Shown piece after piece: positions 1-8,566 of a DNA stretch of 59,517 bases. Origin of the DNA: an uncultured Gemmatimonadota bacterium (GTDB lineage: Bacteria; Blakebacterota; Blakebacteria; Blakebacterales; Blakebacteraceae); assembly GCA_964576115.1 (NCBI GenBank), contig CAZNUA010000021.1:1-59517 (forward strand), written 5' to 3'. The position numbers and the translations under genes were made by a program. Under the pieces are notes generated by a model. That model was not told where the DNA came from, searched no databases, and saw nothing but the letters and a program-made list of their open reading frames with translations. Every line of letters starts with the position of its first letter. The stretch's first letter is position 1.

Positions 1-162
1 ACGATCGAATCAGCTGCATCCGCTCGGCGCTCAGCAGCTCCTTCTCACGCAGGAAAAGGTGTGCTGGAACTCCTCTTCATACACGCCGAGGAAGGACTCC
101 CAGTGATCCTGGAGGAGCCGGTAGAGGGGGCTTTTCGTGAAACTCCGCGGGCGATACGCCAC
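1..162 (-). mobile_element. IS91-family transposase remnant (internally deleted, frameshifted; runs off window edge)
   Basis: Manual translation from GTG 162 gives MAYRPRSFTKSPLYRLLQDHWESFLGVYEEEFQHT, resembling IS91-like Tnp N-termini. A second frame gives LFLREKELLSAERMQLIRS, resembling the segment that precedes the W-x-HSGF motif. The intervening Zn-finger/HUH part is absent. Confidence 0.6.
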
Positions 163-246
163 GATCGCATGGGCGGGGGCCGGGTGGCGGGAGGCGGTGA
201 GTCAGGGGAGGAGCACACAGGGGGATATTCTTGCACGAGGAACAAC

Positions 247-276
247 ATTCTGGCCACGGACTCTCGTCTCTGTCAA
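247..276 (-). promoter_or_regulatory. putative sigma70 promoter of the transposase remnant
   Basis: Minus strand TTGACA (276-271), 18-nt spacer, CAGAAT (252-247). Confidence 0.35.
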
Positions 277-371
277 GCCCCCTCCGCTCGGTGCGGGAAC
301 GGCTGCCGCATGCCTCCCGCTGGTCGACTCCGGGTCCTGCGATCCAGAACGACACCTTCGGCTGCCTCGAA

Positions 372-470
372 GTGCCCGACGACGAGCGCTGGATGCGCCA
401 GGCGTTGCGTGAGGTTGCCCGTGCGGCCGAAGAGGGGGAGGTGCCGGTCGGGGCGGTCGTCGTCCATCGG
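372..470 (+). pseudogene. tadA: 5' fragment of tRNA adenosine deaminase
   Basis: VPDDERWMRQALREVARAAEEGEVPVGAVVVHR matches the TadA N-terminal helix and EVPVGAVVV motif. Similarity stops at 470; the HAE and PCxxC motifs are missing. Confidence 0.75.
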
Positions 471-482
471 TTGCGTCTGCTG

Positions 483-546
483 TTCCCCCTCAACATTTCA
501 GGGAAAGATCGTAACTTTTTCTTTCCCCTCAACGTTTCATGGGAAA
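483..546. promoter_or_regulatory. tandem palindromic operators upstream of padR (putative autoregulatory sites)
   Basis: TTCCCCCTCAACATTTCAGGGAA (483-505) and TTTCCCCTCAACGTTTCATGGGAAA (522-546); core CCTCAA-N3-TTCA(G/T)G in both. Confidence 0.65.
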
Positions 547-592
547 ACCGTTTGAGAGACCGATCAGAAACTCGACCGATCGGAGACAACGC

Positions 593-940
593 GTGAGCGA
601 AGAACTCCCCCTGCTGCAGGGCACCCTGGATGTGCTCGTCCTCAAGGCTCTCCTCTTCGGCCCCCGGCACGGGTACGCCGTGGCCCGCTGGATCAGGGAG
701 ACGGCCGAAGGTTCGTTCCAGATCGAAGACGGCGCCCTCTACACCGCCCTGCACCGGATGGAGAAGAAGGGCTGGATCGAATCGGACTGGGGTCTGTCCG
801 AAAACAACCGGAAGGCGAAGTACTACCAGCTCACCCCGGCCGGTCGCAAACGGCTCTCAACCGCCTCCAAAGACTGGTCCCGGTATGCCGAAGCGGTCTT
901 CAAGGTTCTGGGCGCTACTGAAGGAGAGGCCGAACAGTGA
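593..940 (+). CDS. PadR-family transcriptional regulator (acidobacterial type)
   Basis: GTG 593 after GGAG; LLQGTLDVLVLK, HGYAVARWI, GALYTALHRME, SENNRKAKYYQLT. Confidence 0.95.
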   Translation: MSEELPLLQGTLDVLVLKALLFGPRHGYAVARWIRETAEGSFQIEDGALYTALHRMEKKGWIESDWGLSENNRKAKYYQLTPAGRKRLSTASKDWSRYAEAVFKVLGATEGEAEQ

Positions 941-3333
941 CGCGCCTGTTCCATCTCGGCCGCTTCCGTCCCGATCCGGAGCGGGACCTGGACTCAGAAC
1001 TCGATTTCCACTTCCGCGAAACGTTCGAAGAACTCGAACGGCAGGGTCTGAGCCCGGACGACGCCCGGGCCGAAACCGAGCGGCGCTTCGGAAATCTCCG
1101 GGGACACCGAGCCGGGCTCGAGCAGGTCGACCGGGATATGGTGCGCATGAACCGGCGACAGCAGTTCTTCTCGGCCTCAGGGCAGAATCTCACCCACGCC
1201 CTGCGTTCCCTGCGACACGCACCCGGCTTCTCTCTGACCGTCATCGGCATCCTGACCCTGGGAATCTGGGCCAATGCCGTCATGTTCGGCATTCTCGACC
1301 GCATCCTGTTCCAGCCTCCGGCCCATATCGAGGAACACCAGCAACTCCGCAGGGTCTTCCGCACCCGTCCGGTATCGAACGGAGCTCCGGACCTGAGCAT
1401 CTCGCTTTCCTATCCCGATTATGAAGCAATGAAGACCGTCACGAGCTTTGCCGGCGTAGCCGCCTACTCCTCGATCGAGGATGTCACCCTCGGCCGGGGG
1501 CGCGAAGCTGACCGGGCGCGGATGAGCACCACCACTCCCGGATTCGCCCCCCTTCTCGGGGTGGAACCGATCCGGGGACGGTTCTTCGCCGCCGCCGACG
1601 ACGAACCGGGAGTTCCTCTGACGGCAGTGATCAGCTACGGCTTCTGGCGGCGGCATTTCGGCGGCGCCCCCGATGTGCTGGGCCGCACCATCGACCTGGG
1701 TTTCGGCGGCTTCTTCGGTGGCGGCGCAACCGTTACCGTGATTGGAATCATGCCGCAGGGCTTTACAGGTCTCGATCTGGAACGGATCGATCTCTGGCTC
1801 CCGCTCACGGCCACCCAGGATCTGCGGGTGGGAATACCGCGCTGGAGAGACACAGCGGGCTTCTCGTTCCTGCGCATCGTGACCCGCCTGAAACCGGGTG
1901 TGACCGATGACAGCGCCCGCACTGAAGCAGACCACCTGTACCGGAATCTGCACCGTGATGTGAGCCGGCCGGACGACATCAACGCCCGTTCGGAGCTGCT
2001 GCTGGGATCGGTGATCGCCGCCCGCGGGCCCGATTCCACCCGGGAATCGATCGTAGCCCACTGGCTGGGAGGCGTCTCCCTGATCGTCCTGCTCATCGCC
2101 TGCATCAACGTGGTAAATCTCACTCTCGGGCGAGCGGTTGACCGCCGTCGGGAGATCGCCGTCCGNNNNNNNNNNNNNNNNNNNNNNNNNNNNNNNNNNN
2201 NNNNNNNNNNNNNNNNNNNNNNNNNNNNNNNNNNNNNNNNNNNNNNNNNNNNNNNNNNNNNNNNNCGCAACCACCTGGTCGAAGTCATGCTCGAAATGGA
2301 TGATATCAGTCCGGAGGCCGCGACGATCAGAGAGCGCTATGACGACGCGGCCCATCGGGTGAGCCGTATTCCTGAAGTGGACGGGGTAACGATCACCACT
2401 TCGCCTGTCGGCTGGGGATTGGGGCTCGATATCTCTATCCCCGGTCTCGATTCCCTGCCCGAGACCGCGTACGGGCCGCCCATGGTGCATTTCGTCAGTC
2501 CCGGTCATGCCCGGGTTCTCGGTCTGCGCCTGATCAGCGGCCGGTATCTCGCAGAAGGCGACGGACCTCACGGCAATCGGGTAATGATCGTCGATGCACT
2601 GATGGCTCGAAAGATCTGGCCCGACCGGGATGCGGTCGGACAGCAGGTCATCGTCAACTCACAGGGCGATGATTCCGAAACCGGGATTCCGCACACTGTC
2701 GTCGGGGTGGTCGAGAACATGAGCAATGGCGAGCTGATCGAGGCTCCGGCGATGATGTTCTACCTGCCCCTGGAGGAAGCGCCTGATTCCCACACAGCCC
2801 GGGCACTCTATGTGCGCACGACCGGCGATCCGGTCCCGGCTCTGTCAGCAATTCAGCGGGCAGCCGTGGGAAATGAACCCGGATTGCGTTATGCCGGAAT
2901 CCGGACGGTCAGGGAGATCTTCGATCCCGAGGCCCGGGCCTGGTCGCTGGGAGCGACGATGTTCTCGGCCTTCGGTTTCCTGGCCCTGGCGGTCGCTTCC
3001 GCCGGTCTTTACAGCCTGCTGGCGTTCGATATCGCCCGCCGCACCCGCGAGCTGGGCATCCGCACCGCCCTGGGGGCCGACCAGGGCATGTTGATCAGGC
3101 TGGTCATACGGGAAGGGCTCCGGCTGACACTCATCGGTCTGGGGCTCGGCTTCACCATCGCCCTGGTTGCGGCCCGCTTTGTTCAGCCGCTGCTGTTCGA
3201 GGTTTCGGCCACCGATCCGGTGGTCTACGGCACGATCACGGCAACCCTGATCCTGACCGCGCTGGCGGCCGCCGCCGTACCCGCCTGGCGGGTGAGCCGG
3301 CTCGATCCGGTCACGGCCCTGCGCGTCGAGTGA
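937..3333 (+). CDS. ADOP-type duplicated ABC permease (MacB/FtsX domains); spans N gap
   Basis: Permease-prefix ELDFHF...RFG, LLIACINVVNL, RTRELGIRTALGA, C-terminal RLDPVTALRVE. GTGA overlap with padR stop. Confidence 0.9.
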   Translation: MTRLFHLGRFRPDPERDLDSELDFHFRETFEELERQGLSPDDARAETERRFGNLRGHRAGLEQVDRDMVRMNRRQQFFSASGQNLTHALRSLRHAPGFSLTVIGILTLGIWANAVMFGILDRILFQPPAHIEEHQQLRRVFRTRPVSNGAPDLSISLSYPDYEAMKTVTSFAGVAAYSSIEDVTLGRGREADRARMSTTTPGFAPLLGVEPIRGRFFAAADDEPGVPLTAVISYGFWRRHFGGAPDVLGRTIDLGFGGFFGGGATVTVIGIMPQGFTGLDLERIDLWLPLTATQDLRVGIPRWRDTAGFSFLRIVTRLKPGVTDDSARTEADHLYRNLHRDVSRPDDINARSELLLGSVIAARGPDSTRESIVAHWLGGVSLIVLLIACINVVNLTLGRAVDRRREIAVXXXXXXXXXXXXXXXXXXXXXXXXXXXXXXXXXXRNHLVEVMLEMDDISPEAATIRERYDDAAHRVSRIPEVDGVTITTSPVGWGLGLDISIPGLDSLPETAYGPPMVHFVSPGHARVLGLRLISGRYLAEGDGPHGNRVMIVDALMARKIWPDRDAVGQQVIVNSQGDDSETGIPHTVVGVVENMSNGELIEAPAMMFYLPLEEAPDSHTARALYVRTTGDPVPALSAIQRAAVGNEPGLRYAGIRTVREIFDPEARAWSLGATMFSAFGFLALAVASAGLYSLLAFDIARRTRELGIRTALGADQGMLIRLVIREGLRLTLIGLGLGFTIALVAARFVQPLLFEVSATDPVVYGTITATLILTALAAAAVPAWRVSRLDPVTALRVE
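2166..2265. other. scaffold gap, true size probably about 430 bp
   Basis: The paralog has about 427 bp (4644-5070) between the equivalent flanks REVAVR and VNRLAMV. Confidence 0.75.
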
Positions 3334-3366
3334 GCGATTTGAGCTGGAGAATGGTGATTATCAAAC

Positions 3367-6147
3367 ATGGGAAAACCTGACATGAAACGACTCCGTTCAC
3401 AGCCGCCCTTTCATGGCCTGAAACGCCTCTTCCATCTCGGCCGCTTCCGTCCCGATCCCGAACGGGACCTGGATTCAGAACTCGATTTCCACTTCCGCGA
3501 AACGGTTGAAGAACTCCAGCGGCAGGGAATGAGCCCCGGCGAGGCCCAGGCCGAAGCCGAGCATCGCTTCGGTGACCGTGTCGGCCATCGGGCCCGCCTC
3601 GAGCACATCGATGCCGGGCAGCTCCGTATGCGTCGTGCAGAAGAGTTCTTTTTCATCCTCCGGCAGAACCTCTCTCACGCCCTGCGTTCTCTGCGACGCT
3701 CCCCCGGCTTTGCCGCCGCTGTCATCTCCATTCTGACCCTGGGGATCTGGGCCAACGCGGTCATGTTCGGTATCCTCGACCGGATCCTGTTCCAGCCGCC
3801 GGCCCACATCGAAAACCATCAGCAGATCCGCCGGGTCTACAGCCGGTTCAATTTCCAGAATCAGATCGTTACCAGCAATACGATGTCTTACCCGGACTTC
3901 GCCGCCCTGAAAGACATGCGGGCTTTTACATCGGTGGCCGCTTATACCGGGCTGTCCACTGCCACCGTCGGCCGGGGCGAGGACGCCCTGCGCGCCATGA
4001 TGATCACAGCCACGCCCGAGTTCATGTCCCTGCTGGGTGCAGATCTTTTCCTGGGGCGGTTCTTTTCTCCTGCTGACGACAGCATCGGGGCCCCCCTGAC
4101 GGCCGTAATCGGATATGGTTTCTGGCGGCGTTGCTTCGGTTCCAATCCCGACGTCATCGGGCGAACCATCGACCTCGGCGTAAGCGGCTTCAACGGCGGC
4201 AGTGCCCCGGCCACGATCATCGGGGTGACCCCGGCGGGTTTCACCGGTGTCGGTCTGTCACGTATCGATATGTTGCTGCCGGTGCAACCCACCCGGGTTC
4301 TCGAAACCGGACGAAGCTCCGGCGTCATGCATCCCGGTCTCTCCTGGCTGCAGATAGTGGCTCGCCTGAATCCGGACCAGACAGAGGAAACAGCAGCCCA
4401 TGAGGCGTCTCTCCGGCACCGTCAGGCCCAGCAGGCAGAGATCGATGCCGGCCGCTGGGATGCCGAGGCCCGTATCGTTCTCGAACCGCTCATCACCGCT
4501 CGCGGCACCCGGGCTTCGCGCGAGGTGATGGTGTCCCGCTGGCTGGCCGGGGTGAGCCTGATCGTTCTCCTCATTGCCTGCGCCAATGTCGCCAACCTGA
4601 TCCTGGCCCGGGCCGAGGACCGGAGGCGGGAGGTGGCGGTCCGCCTCTCCCTGGGTGTGTCCCGCAGCCGGTTGATCGGGCAGATGATCACCGAAAGCCT
4701 GGTGCTTTCCTTCCTGGCCGGGGGACTCGCCCTGGTGCTGGCGGGCGCCAGTGCCGGCTTTATCAGAAATATCCTCCTGCCTCATGTGTCCTGGCCGCAT
4801 TCACCCGTGAACGGCCGGATCATCGCCTTTACTCTGCTGGCCGTGCTCGTCTCCGCGGTGGCGGCAGGATTTCTTCCCGCACTGCAGACTGTCCGACCTT
4901 CTCTGAGCGATGCCCTCAAGGGCGGTGAACGGAGCAGCTCAGGCCGGCGTTCCCGATTGCGATTCATGCTTCAGACGGTACAGGGAGCACTGTCGGTGAT
5001 CCTGCTCATCGGAGCGGGTTTGTTCCTGCGAAGCCTCGAGCACGTACACACGCTTGACCTGGGACTGGATGTCAACCGGCTGGCCATGGTGACACTGGAG
5101 ATGGAAGAGGTCGATGCTTCCAAGACAATCCTGAATCACCGCTACGAGCATGCGGCCGAACGCATCCGCCGAATCCCCGGGGTTGAGGGGGTCGGGATCA
5201 CCTCCACCCCCTTCGGATGGAGAGTCGGTTTCCCTGTCACCGTACCCGGTCGGGATTCCGATCCTAACCAGAGCGTTGATCGGCCCCAGGTGAACTTCGC
5301 GAGTCCCGGCTACTGTCGCGTGCTCGGACTCCGCTTCCTGAGCGGTCGGGGGATCCGGGCCGGTGACGGGCCGGGAGGTGAGAGGATCCTTGTTGTCAAC
5401 GAACTGCTGGCCGAAACCCTGTGGCCGGGTGAAAACGCGGTCGGCAGGCAGGTGCTCATCGGCGACCCGGACAGGGGACCGACACCTCTTCTGACGGTGG
5501 TCGGAGTCGTGGAGAATGCGACCAATGAAGGCCTGACCTGCGAGTCTCTCCAGCAGTTCTATCTCCCCCTGGCCGAGGCACCCGATTACGCCACCGGCTA
5601 TTCCTATCCCGCCGCGGCTCTCTATGTCCGTTCCCGCTCCGATCCCCGTGTCCTCTTCCCGCAGATACGACGGGAAGCCAGTGCGGCAGATGACAACATC
5701 AGGTATGCGGAGATCGAGGGGGTACGGGAGATGCTTGATTCGCAGGCCCGTTCGTGGAGACTGGGAGCCACCCTTTTTACGGCTTTCGGATTGCTGGCAC
5801 TGGTGGTGGCGGTTCTGGGACTCTACAGCACGCTGGCCTGCGATATCGCCCGCCGCACCCGCGAGTTGGGCATCCGCACCGCTCTTGGAGCCGATCGGGG
5901 CAGCCTGATCGGTCTGGTCATGAAGATGGGACTTCGTCTGACGCTCATCGGCCTGGGATTGGGCTTCGCCGTCATCCTGGCTGCGGCCCGTTTCGTTCAG
6001 CCGCTGCTGTTCGAGGTTTCGGCCACCGATCCTCTGGTCTACGGCGCTATCGCAGCAACCCTGATCCTGACCGCCCTGGCGGCCGCCGCCATACCCGCCT
6101 GGCGGGTGAGCCGGCTCGATCCGGTCACGGCCCTGCGGGTGGAATGA
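3367..6147 (+). CDS. ADOP-type duplicated ABC permease, tandem paralog (start 3367 or 3382)
   Basis: LLIACANVANL, REVAVRLSLG, RTRELGIRTALGA, RLDPVTALRVE. Confidence 0.93.
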   Translation: MGKPDMKRLRSQPPFHGLKRLFHLGRFRPDPERDLDSELDFHFRETVEELQRQGMSPGEAQAEAEHRFGDRVGHRARLEHIDAGQLRMRRAEEFFFILRQNLSHALRSLRRSPGFAAAVISILTLGIWANAVMFGILDRILFQPPAHIENHQQIRRVYSRFNFQNQIVTSNTMSYPDFAALKDMRAFTSVAAYTGLSTATVGRGEDALRAMMITATPEFMSLLGADLFLGRFFSPADDSIGAPLTAVIGYGFWRRCFGSNPDVIGRTIDLGVSGFNGGSAPATIIGVTPAGFTGVGLSRIDMLLPVQPTRVLETGRSSGVMHPGLSWLQIVARLNPDQTEETAAHEASLRHRQAQQAEIDAGRWDAEARIVLEPLITARGTRASREVMVSRWLAGVSLIVLLIACANVANLILARAEDRRREVAVRLSLGVSRSRLIGQMITESLVLSFLAGGLALVLAGASAGFIRNILLPHVSWPHSPVNGRIIAFTLLAVLVSAVAAGFLPALQTVRPSLSDALKGGERSSSGRRSRLRFMLQTVQGALSVILLIGAGLFLRSLEHVHTLDLGLDVNRLAMVTLEMEEVDASKTILNHRYEHAAERIRRIPGVEGVGITSTPFGWRVGFPVTVPGRDSDPNQSVDRPQVNFASPGYCRVLGLRFLSGRGIRAGDGPGGERILVVNELLAETLWPGENAVGRQVLIGDPDRGPTPLLTVVGVVENATNEGLTCESLQQFYLPLAEAPDYATGYSYPAAALYVRSRSDPRVLFPQIRREASAADDNIRYAEIEGVREMLDSQARSWRLGATLFTAFGLLALVVAVLGLYSTLACDIARRTRELGIRTALGADRGSLIGLVMKMGLRLTLIGLGLGFAVILAAARFVQPLLFEVSATDPLVYGAIAATLILTALAAAAIPAWRVSRLDPVTALRVE

Positions 6148-6209
6148 GGTTTTGACCTGGACGATCATTTCCTTCACCCTGGCCCTGCCGACTCGCGTGC
6201 GTCCCGCCG

Positions 6210-6239
6210 TTGACCTCCCCCCAGACCTTCCCGTAGGAT
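6210..6239 (+). promoter_or_regulatory. putative sigma70 promoter
   Basis: TTGACC, 18-nt spacer, TAGGAT upstream of the GTG at 6292. Confidence 0.4.
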
Positions 6240-6291
6240 GGTGAGCGGATCGGTATCCTTTCGTCACACAGAGAGGGGTCGGGAGGTGCCC

Positions 6292-8496
6292 GTGGGTCAC
6301 GGTTCGTCCTGTCGCCGGCGGTGTCTTCTGCTGCCCTTCTCGTGGGTGTGTCTCGTCGCCCTGCTGGCCACCTGCGCCTCGCGGCAACAGATGGTTTTGC
6401 CCGAGGATCGACCCGAGCCTGAGCGTATCGTCACCGACGCCGACCGGGCCGATATCGTCCTGACCGCGGCCATGCTGCCCGAACGGCAGCGCCGCACCCT
6501 CTTCTCGGCTCCCGATCCGGTGGCCTGGCTCATAGACTGGTGGATCGAACGCGATCCCACCCCCGGCACCACCCGCAACGAAGCTCTCGATATCGCCCGC
6601 CTGCGCGCTGAAGCTCTAAGCTACCGCTATCCCGAGACGCCCCTGACCGACCTGCTGGAACCGTGGCTCACCCTGCTCAAATTCGGTCACTGGGATAGGA
6701 TACAGAACGCGGCTCTGCCGGTCTCCCTGCGCTACCCCGAGACTCTGAGAATGCCTCAGGGTTTTGCCAACCGGAGCGGCACCCACGTTCTGATCTGGGA
6801 CGGACGCAAGCCTTTCTCGGCGGCGCTCAACGGCAATTGGATGGTCCTGCCCGAGGATATCCCCCGACCTCCCTCCCTGGTCGGTGCCTGGGCAGCGGTC
6901 GAAGATGCGTCTGCCCCGATCGCAGAGCGAACGTCTGCTCTGCTGGCGCTGAGCGACTACGAGCTGCCCGAGGTAGCCGAACGCCTGCTCGACCTGCCCG
7001 CTTCCGTGCGGGAAGGTATCGAACCGGCCTGGGAGGCGGCCCTGGAACGGCTGGCGGTGCGCCGGGCGATCTGCCTGGACGATGAGAGTGTGCGCCGCCT
7101 GGCCGCCCTGCGGGCAATCGGCGCTCCGGCCAGCCTGCAGCTCGAACGCACCCTGCCCGAGTACTACCCGCCCGAACTCTTCGCCTCCGATCTCGATTCA
7201 CTATACCACCGCCGTCGCTGTGAAATCCTCGAAGGCGAGCGCGGGCCGCACCCTTCCCTCGCAATCGCCCCCGAGGGCTTCCTGAACGGCCTGACCGAAC
7301 TCTTTCCCTCCTACCTGAACCTGACCGGCTGGAACTGGCGTGGGGATCTGTACCTGCAGTGGGGTCCGCCCCGTACCTGGAGCGACCGGTCCTGGGATGT
7401 TCTCTACGTGCACGGCTACCCGGTCGCGATCGCCGTCCGTTCGAGCCTGCTGGGCAGAATCGACCCCTGCATTCTCTTCAACCCCCTCGAAGAGGGTCTG
7501 CGTAACTTTTCATCCGAGGCCGACGTGGCAACCCGGCGCGAGGATATCATCGCCCGGCTGGCAGGAATGATCCCCGATGCGGTTCGGACCGACGAATCGC
7601 TCCTGGGGCATCTGCACCGCATCCTGCCGCTCGAGGTCAGACGGGTTGATTCGATCGTAGGCGCCAACGCCCTGAATGTTCTGGCCGACGTGGTGGCTTT
7701 CACCGATCCGGACGGTGAATTCGATATCATGGTCAGCCTGGGGATCCCCTTTACCGATGTCGGGCGCGAGCAGGTCGCCGGGGGCTTCACCACCCGTCTT
7801 GAAACGGCCTGCCTGCTGCTCGATGAAGAGAAGCGCACCGTCTGGAGCGAGTGGCACGACGAAGGTTTCTCCATCAACAATCCCCGCGGCGACCTGCAAA
7901 CCCTGTACCTGGTCGACGGCTTCCGGGTCAGGACCGTGCCCGACACGAGCATGATCTACTGCTCGGTCTTCGATCCCGAGACACAGAAGTCGGCCGCCCT
8001 GCTTTTTCAGCCCCGGATCGAAACGGTCAGCGGACCGGGTCCCTTCATCTCCCCGATCGCCCTGGCGGACACCGTCAGTTCGGGAACCCCGGTCGAGGAC
8101 GATCCCCTGCAGGGCACTTTCACGCGCGGCGAATACCGCCTGCTCCCGTATCCAGGTCGCAACCTGCTCTACGGCGAAGACATCTGGCTCTATTTCGAGA
8201 TCACGGGCCTGACGAGATCCGAATATCTCGATTACGCCTGGGAGGAATCGTACTACCTCATCCCCGACCTGCCCGACCAGGGTATCGTCCGCATCCCCGG
8301 CCTGACCCAGAGTTCGATCCAGCCCCGGGCCCAGCGCCAGATCATGATCGATCTCTCGATGCTGGAACACCATTTCACCGGTCCGCTCTATATCGCTATC
8401 CTGATCCGCGATACCGTCTCCGGGCGCGAGGCGGTCGGCGCCACCCGCTTCACCATTCACCAGACCCCGCCTCCGCCGCAGCAGCACTCTCCCTGA
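6292..8496 (+). CDS. divergent GWxTD-domain-like exported protein (possible lipoprotein)
   Basis: GGAGG RBS then GTG; hydrophobic leader ending LLATC; WWIERDPTPGTTRNE and GWNWRGDLYLQWGPP motifs; C-terminal LYFEI Ig-like domain. Confidence 0.7.
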   Translation: MGHGSSCRRRCLLLPFSWVCLVALLATCASRQQMVLPEDRPEPERIVTDADRADIVLTAAMLPERQRRTLFSAPDPVAWLIDWWIERDPTPGTTRNEALDIARLRAEALSYRYPETPLTDLLEPWLTLLKFGHWDRIQNAALPVSLRYPETLRMPQGFANRSGTHVLIWDGRKPFSAALNGNWMVLPEDIPRPPSLVGAWAAVEDASAPIAERTSALLALSDYELPEVAERLLDLPASVREGIEPAWEAALERLAVRRAICLDDESVRRLAALRAIGAPASLQLERTLPEYYPPELFASDLDSLYHRRRCEILEGERGPHPSLAIAPEGFLNGLTELFPSYLNLTGWNWRGDLYLQWGPPRTWSDRSWDVLYVHGYPVAIAVRSSLLGRIDPCILFNPLEEGLRNFSSEADVATRREDIIARLAGMIPDAVRTDESLLGHLHRILPLEVRRVDSIVGANALNVLADVVAFTDPDGEFDIMVSLGIPFTDVGREQVAGGFTTRLETACLLLDEEKRTVWSEWHDEGFSINNPRGDLQTLYLVDGFRVRTVPDTSMIYCSVFDPETQKSAALLFQPRIETVSGPGPFISPIALADTVSSGTPVEDDPLQGTFTRGEYRLLPYPGRNLLYGEDIWLYFEITGLTRSEYLDYAWEESYYLIPDLPDQGIVRIPGLTQSSIQPRAQRQIMIDLSMLEHHFTGPLYIAILIRDTVSGREAVGATRFTIHQTPPPPQQHSP

Positions 8497-8566
8497 TTGC
8501 GCAAACGGCACCCCAACCCCACATTGAACAGTCACAGAACCTGCCCCCCGCGTGATGGAGGATCCG

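Noticed and set aside
937-6147. Diversity-generating retroelement TR/VR pair
   Set aside because: No reverse transcriptase, differences are not adenine-specific, and the repeats are paralogous gene ends.
6238-6291. ORF-track start ATG 6238
   Set aside because: It overlaps the predicted -10 box; GTG 6292 has a GGAGG RBS.
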